Shown here piece after piece: positions 29,285 to 35,022 of a stretch of DNA of 35,022 bases (the first letter of the stretch is position 1; each line of letters starts with the position of its first letter). A program made the translations under genes and the position numbers. The stretch spans positions 1 to 35,022 of the forward strand of contig MRSU01006085.1 of assembly GCA_008369845.1 (NCBI GenBank), written 5' to 3'. Source of the stretch: Trichomonas gallinae (Eukaryota). The notes beneath the pieces are model-generated. The model saw only the letters and a program-made list of their open reading frames with translations, did not search any database and was not told the DNA's origin.

Positions 29285-30637
29285 TTATAATTGAATCATA
29301 TCATTAAAGTCAGTTGCCATGATTTCAGCAGCTTCAGTCTTTGTAGAATCCTTGAATGAGTCAATTGCATATCTAAGATTCTCATCAAATACCATCGTAG
29401 CACCGAGATTTGCTTCGTAGTAATTTGGAGCTGAGAAAAGCGTAACAACGTTCATTTCTTCACCGAATGGGAATTTGTATCCATTCGGGACGACTTCGTG
29501 AGCTCTCAAAATCATTTCAAATCCGAATGTTTCCATGAAAGACTTCGCAGCTTCTCTGCCATATGACACTGATGTGTTTCTGATTGTTGGTCCGTAGAAA
29601 TTAACCTTTGATGATGGATCTGCCCATGTTAGGTCATTGATAATTCCTTCCTTTGGCAGTTCTCTTGGCCTGGGGAAGTTCGCTATATCATCGAGACTTG
29701 TCATTGACGGCGATGGGCCTCCATGGACGCAAAAAACTTTGTCGTTGATAATCGCAGCTAATGGAAGTGAGTCGAATGGAAGCATAAACGGTTGATAAGG
29801 AGCTCCCTTACGTCTACACTCATCCTTGAAACCGTATTGGCTTGAGATCAACTCGCACTCATGATTTCCGCGAAGCATGTAAAGATTTTCGGGGAATCTA
29901 AGCTTAAGAGCGAGAAGGAGCGTAATAATATCGAGAGAGTCCTCGCCACGGTCTACATAATCGCCTAAGAATAAGTAATTAACTTTATCTGGAAATCCGT
30001 ATTTCTTGAAAATTCTCAAAAGATCGATATATCTTCCGTGAAGGTCAGCAACACAGACGATTGGAGCCTTAACACGAAGCAATGTTGGCTGCGATAGCAA
30101 AAGAGATGATGATGCTGCGCATAACCAATTTATATCTGCCTTTTCGAGTAATGAATTGCATTTTGTATCGTGTGGAGAGAGGATTCTGCGAATGATATCG
30201 TTGAGATTCGGTGGTTTTTTGATCTGCCCGATGCTCTTCGGCATTTCTGGAGAAGGAGCAAGTGTAATCGTGATGTGTAGAGTGTCTTTGTTAAACCAGC
30301 CACCACGTTCGAGCATCTTGTAGCTCACTTTAGACTTTACGGTGATTACTGGATCTGTTGTAATGAAGCAATAGCAAATTGGAATATTAATAAAAGGTCT
30401 GATCTTGTTCGGATAATGAATATTCAAGTTACATATGATATTCCTCTGTCCGAAAACGCGGCCACACAAGCGGAGTGTTGCTTGAAGCGGTTTCGCAGGA
30501 TCGTGATCAATTGGCTGTAATTCTAGCTGAAAAGTCATATCTTTGCATACTAACTTGTTTTCAATAATTGGATCGCCATTAAACTGGGCTTTCTTTATAT
30601 ACCAATGTTTAATAACGAAAGTATCTTGAGCATTCAT
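29285..30637 (-). CDS. PPP-family Ser/Thr phosphatase (PP1-like) with an N-terminal MATH/TRAF-like domain
   Basis: Catalytic motifs ADLHG, GDYVDRG, RGNHE, HGG, WADP, RAHE and TLFSAPNY. The first 130 or so residues are beta-rich and end in GWFNKDTLHITITL. Confidence 0.92.
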   Translation of the reverse strand: MNAQDTFVIKHWYIKKAQFNGDPIIENKLVCKDMTFQLELQPIDHDPAKPLQATLRLCGRVFGQRNIICNLNIHYPNKIRPFINIPICYCFITTDPVITVKSKVSYKMLERGGWFNKDTLHITITLAPSPEMPKSIGQIKKPPNLNDIIRRILSPHDTKCNSLLEKADINWLCAASSSLLLSQPTLLRVKAPIVCVADLHGRYIDLLRIFKKYGFPDKVNYLFLGDYVDRGEDSLDIITLLLALKLRFPENLYMLRGNHECELISSQYGFKDECRRKGAPYQPFMLPFDSLPLAAIINDKVFCVHGGPSPSMTSLDDIANFPRPRELPKEGIINDLTWADPSSKVNFYGPTIRNTSVSYGREAAKSFMETFGFEMILRAHEVVPNGYKFPFGEEMNVVTLFSAPNYYEANLGATMVFDENLRYAIDSFKDSTKTEAAEIMATDFNDMIQL

Positions 30638-31310
30638 GATTTTTTTTTTACTTTTTTTTCAAACTGAATCCGATAACAAAATCTGTCGATTTAATTTTCA
30701 ATTTTTTGATGTTTTCACACTAAACTCATTTTTAGTATAATAAATATCAAATAAATTCCGTTTTGTCATGTAAATTAATTTTTTACAATTATTGATAAGA
30801 TGTAAATATTTTTTTTTTGACAAATATTCATAGAATACCGAGTATATTCAAAAAGCTGTGGATGGGGCCCTTAAAATTCGTTTTAAGCTATAAGTAATCT
30901 AGTTCCACGTTTTCCTGAATTGTAGGTTTGAGTCTACAACTTTTTGCGATGTCTAAATATCAAACTTTACGTATTTCTTTTTGACAGTCTGAAATATACC
31001 AAAAGTGACAAATTTAATTTTTTCTAAAAATCATTATTTATTCAAGCTATAATCGTTTTGAAATTTAACAATTTGTCACTTTTATTCTTTAACGATCTTT
31101 TGACATCATCTTTTTCTCTCTCACATTTCATATTTACTTTGTTCTACCCTATTTTAAAATAACATATAATATGTTTAGATATAATGTTCAATATCATTAA
31201 ATGAGAAAAAGGATAGATAGGAATGGAGATTTTACGGAAATTAAAATCTTGTCAAGGAATTTTCAGTTTACTTGTCAAAAATTTTTCTAGGGTGATTTCT
31301 CGGAGAAGGA

Positions 31311-34300
31311 ATGGATATACATACTTACATCTCTGATGAGTTATACGCACCGGGGAATCACTTAATCACTGCAGTAGCTTGGAATCCGGCAACTGGTCTC
31401 ATTGCTGCTGGTCAAGATAACGGAGAAATTACAATATCAACATTAGTCACAAATGAATACCACAATGGCATCATTTCTATATCCAAATTGTTTACACTAG
31501 TCGAGCACAATGTTCAAATCACTTCATTATCGTGGAACACAGCGAATAATAAACTTGTTTCTTCAGATCATGGTGGAAAACTTGTCGTTTGGACTGTTAT
31601 TGACTCCAAATGGGTTCCTCTACTCATCAATGACCTATCTAAAGTACCAATTCTACAAGTACTCAATTCTCCAAATTCTGAATTAGTTGCAATTCTATAT
31701 GCGAACGGAAAACTTATATGTGGCAACATAAATGGAAGCCAGAAGTGGAATACATCACTCGATTTTTTGCCAAAAGCAATGTGTTGGGCTGCAAATTCAA
31801 AAAATGTTTTTGTAGCTGATAATCGCAATAATATTTACTTATTACGCGAATACGCAACAAAAGTATACAAACTAGACATCTCTTCTTTAGGAATTGATCG
31901 TCTAAGCGACACAATCACAAATCTCTTCTGGAACAAGCGAGAATCAGGGACAATCCTTATCACATTCAGAAGTGGTATAGTTGGCATATTCCGTGAACGC
32001 AATGAAGTTAATCCAGTTAAGATATTTACAGAATCAAAAATAACTCACGCAGTTTGGGCAAGCGATGGCTCCAGATTCGTCATTGCAGGCAAAAATCCAA
32101 CGAATAATCGAGTTTTTATTAGATTCTACAGTGTCACAGGAAATATCATAAGAACAATGGAGCTGGATGGGAATCACATATCTGATATAGCATTCAGTGC
32201 TGATGATACTAGACTTGCCGTTGCCATTGACTCGAAACTCACAATCATTCAGACAGTTCCGCGAGTTTCTTGGGTTTATTTCCAGAATACTCTTGTTTAT
32301 TCAGTTCCTTCATTCCTAGCTGTTGACAGGACACAATCGAAAGTTGTTTATTTCAATACAAAATCGGAAGAAAAGCACATTAAAGAAATTGATAATTTAA
32401 TTTCGATTGCTGCATCGAAAGGAAGATGCGCATTGTTATCAAATGCTGGTGGAGAATCAGCAATCATTATTACAACTGAATGTGGCGTTCCAATTTTTGA
32501 TAATTTCATTTCTTTCGAGCCAAAATTCATCACTTTAACAGAAGACAAATGTATTATTGGTTCTACAACGAAAATATGCATCTGGGACTTCCTCAAAGAT
32601 TCAGCAAAATTTACTTCATATGATTACGAAATCACAGCAATTGGAGCAAGAAATAACACTTTGTTTGTCACTTTCACGACTTGTTCCATTATATCCATCA
32701 ACCTCAAGACTATGCAGGAAACAGGCCACTTTACTACTCCTAGGCAGGTAGAAGCTATAGATGTGAGCTCTGACAGTACAATGGTTTCTCTCATTGACGT
32801 GTTCGGATTCCTGTGCATTTTGGATATAAATTCCGGCACATTTCAAGAAGTTTTGAGAAGAGAAACATGGGGAAATAAATGGGCAGCTGATTCCCCATCA
32901 TTATTCGCATCACTCGAAAAACAGAATATTTATATCTACAAGAGCATGCAGCCAATAGAGAGGATTCCAACAATGGCCAGCATCTGCGAATTTCAGTCTT
33001 TATCTATATTAAGTGTCGACTTTGTCAGAATATTTAAGAATCCTTTGCAGCCCGATTTATCATCATTTAATCGCTATGACACGAAACCTATAAATGATAT
33101 CAGACTGTTATTGAAAAGCTACAAAACGAGCCTTAGAGATGAAATATCAAACTACGTGTCATCATTCGACTGTCCGTTTGCATGGTACATGTTGGCTGAA
33201 TTCGCTCTGGGAATAGATGATTCTAATCTGGCAGAAAAGTGCTTCACTTTGGCTCTAAGCAATGATGTAGTCGTTATTACAAGGTGGATGCGCAATATTT
33301 CAGACAAAACAGCGCGAAAAGTCTACGCGTGGTGGTTCTTAGGACACACGAAAGAAGCCTTGGATTTGATAGGAAAAACGGGAAGAATGGATCTCATGGA
33401 TAAAGTTCAGGCATTGGATGCTGAGCTTTCTCTAGCAAACCCATCATATTCAGCGAGAAGAAATTTCATCAACGGAAAATGGAAAGACGCTGCTGCCAAT
33501 TTCTTCAAGTCAGGTGACACCAGAATGGTTGTACAATGCTTGGCAAATTCCGATGATATTGTTGGACTTACAGAGTTGATGGAAAAAATTCCGAAAAATT
33601 CAGAATCATTGAAATATGTCGGCGAAAAGTTTTTAACACTTGGCGCCCCGATACAAGCAGTAGCTGCTTTCATGAAACTGGGCCAACCACAGCTGGCAGC
33701 TGATGCATACGCACACTTTAATATGTGGCGAGAAGCACTGAAAATCGCGAACGCGAACAAAGAAGTTGACAGAAAAGCAATTGTCAGTCGTTTTGCTGCA
33801 CATCTCGCAGATGCAAATAGAAACTGCAAAGCTGCTAAGACACTGATACATTGCAAGATTTACCACGAAGCGGCAGTTTTGCTTGAGAAAGAAGGCGACG
33901 TGAGACTGAAAAGAGGCATCGAGTATTTGATGGCGAAAAAGTTGTACGTTTTTTCATCATTCAACTGGATGCGGGCTTTAAAGGTTAAGAATGAGAGAAT
34001 ATCAATATTCAGGGTATGGCATAAAGCAGAAGCAGTCCATTATCTGTTGTTGGCGCATAGGTTGATAAACGAGAAGAAATATGAAGAAGCACTTTTTCCT
34101 GCTGCACGAGTTCTTTTCGCTTACAACGATGTCATCATCAAAGAAACATCGGCAGCATTGCTTGCTATTGCTGGATTCAACTCAGGCTACTTCAAGGAGT
34201 GCTCATGCGGCTTCGCTTTCCTTGAGCATTCACAGAGAATTTCTGCCAAAAAACGCGGAAAACTTGAACAACTCGCAGTCAACATTTTCATGAAGAAGTC

Positions 34301-34532
34301 ACCAGATGACTCGCAAAAATTGCCAGATGTAGCATGCCAAGGCTGCGGAATGTTTGTCAACCAGATGATGCCTGCCTGCAGATGCGGAATTCCGCTTGTT
34401 GCAAGCATCGTTTCAGGCAAGCCTGTTTCTAAGGATGACAAAGTCTGGAAATGCAAGAAATGCAGGCACTGCGCACTTCAGACAGAAATGACAGACATCA
34501 AGATATGCCCGCTCTGTCATTCACGTGTTTAA
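31311..34532 (+). CDS. WDR35: WDR35/IFT121, IFT-A complex subunit
   Basis: N-terminal WD40 repeats and a TPR-like helical region (W..LAEFAL..D..LAEKCF). VWHKAEAVHYLLLAHR matches the WDR35 AWRGAEAYHF.LLAQR block. C-terminal Zn knuckles CQGC..CRC..SIVSGKPV..WKCKKCRH..CPLCH. Confidence 0.92.
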   Translation: MDIHTYISDELYAPGNHLITAVAWNPATGLIAAGQDNGEITISTLVTNEYHNGIISISKLFTLVEHNVQITSLSWNTANNKLVSSDHGGKLVVWTVIDSKWVPLLINDLSKVPILQVLNSPNSELVAILYANGKLICGNINGSQKWNTSLDFLPKAMCWAANSKNVFVADNRNNIYLLREYATKVYKLDISSLGIDRLSDTITNLFWNKRESGTILITFRSGIVGIFRERNEVNPVKIFTESKITHAVWASDGSRFVIAGKNPTNNRVFIRFYSVTGNIIRTMELDGNHISDIAFSADDTRLAVAIDSKLTIIQTVPRVSWVYFQNTLVYSVPSFLAVDRTQSKVVYFNTKSEEKHIKEIDNLISIAASKGRCALLSNAGGESAIIITTECGVPIFDNFISFEPKFITLTEDKCIIGSTTKICIWDFLKDSAKFTSYDYEITAIGARNNTLFVTFTTCSIISINLKTMQETGHFTTPRQVEAIDVSSDSTMVSLIDVFGFLCILDINSGTFQEVLRRETWGNKWAADSPSLFASLEKQNIYIYKSMQPIERIPTMASICEFQSLSILSVDFVRIFKNPLQPDLSSFNRYDTKPINDIRLLLKSYKTSLRDEISNYVSSFDCPFAWYMLAEFALGIDDSNLAEKCFTLALSNDVVVITRWMRNISDKTARKVYAWWFLGHTKEALDLIGKTGRMDLMDKVQALDAELSLANPSYSARRNFINGKWKDAAANFFKSGDTRMVVQCLANSDDIVGLTELMEKIPKNSESLKYVGEKFLTLGAPIQAVAAFMKLGQPQLAADAYAHFNMWREALKIANANKEVDRKAIVSRFAAHLADANRNCKAAKTLIHCKIYHEAAVLLEKEGDVRLKRGIEYLMAKKLYVFSSFNWMRALKVKNERISIFRVWHKAEAVHYLLLAHRLINEKKYEEALFPAARVLFAYNDVIIKETSAALLAIAGFNSGYFKECSCGFAFLEHSQRISAKKRGKLEQLAVNIFMKKSPDDSQKLPDVACQGCGMFVNQMMPACRCGIPLVASIVSGKPVSKDDKVWKCKKCRHCALQTEMTDIKICPLCHSRV

Positions 34533-35022
34533 TGTTATTTATTTGTTATTATTAATTTTTGTTATGTTAATTAAATAGAGAAAATATTTTTAATCGACGA
34601 CTTGGTAATTAATTTTTTTATCACCATTCTCACAATAATAATATTTTCACAAAGTTCTTCTATCTTCAGTTATGATCATTGCATGCAGCCATATATAATT
34701 GTTCTTCATTTAGTTTGTTTATTACTTCATAATTTAGTTCAGGTTCATAAAAAATTAAAAATATTTTTTGTAAAATCATGACCATAATCCTTTGGCCTTA
34801 AATAATCCTGGACTTACTGATTCCAAATAGCCTATCAAAATATATAGGTACAGTACAACATGGAGGATACGTCTGCAAAGTTCCTTGATCCTGCTGCAGT
34901 AGGATCCTGTTTTGAAGATAAGCGATGCCAATTGTTGACAATTAATATAGTCAGAAGAAAAAATGGCAAACGCGGGAAAAATAGGCAAACGCTACCTTAG
35001 AAGCATAATAGAGCCCCCAAAC

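Noticed and set aside
1347..34456. Numerous 60-150 aa ORFs antisense to or overlapping the long CDSs
   Set aside because: They are shadow frames typical of biased coiled-coil codon usage (S/F/L-rich), often with non-ATG starts and no motifs.
2625..34532. Apparent cluster of flagellar/centriolar genes (CCDC13-like, DUF4795-like, LC8, WDR35)
   Set aside because: They are interspersed with unrelated genes, two of the calls are tentative, and such genes are abundant in flagellate genomes.

Overview
This is AT-rich, gene-dense eukaryotic DNA with apparently intronless genes, mostly in head-to-head pairs. Inr-like TCA(T/G)TT sequences near some starts, a bacterial-type rubrerythrin, and ankyrin and Pmp-like family members point to a parabasalid, most likely Trichomonas (T. 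vaginalis or a close relative). That assignment is an inference. There are about 18 intact CDSs and two apparently broken genes. Recognisable products are Elongin C, an LC8-type dynein light chain, a Vps39/Vam6-like protein, NIP7, rubrerythrin, a cyclin, a PP1-like phosphatase with an N-terminal MATH-like domain, and WDR35/IFT121. Tentative calls are CCDC13-like, GRIPAP1-like, DUF4795-like and a degenerate Hsp70-NBD protein. I found no tRNA, rRNA, CRISPR array or recognisable transposon. The strongest unexplained signal is an 11-bp intergenic motif, TG(A/T)CATGTAAA (relaxed form TGWCA-N-GTAAA). It has 10 exact copies plus variants, nearly all upstream of genes. It is multiplied by two local tandem duplications, one with about 21-bp phasing. 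Several diverged intergenic minisatellites (19, about 62, 107, about 111 and about 215 bp) are also present. All homology calls come from motif recognition by eye, not from database searches.
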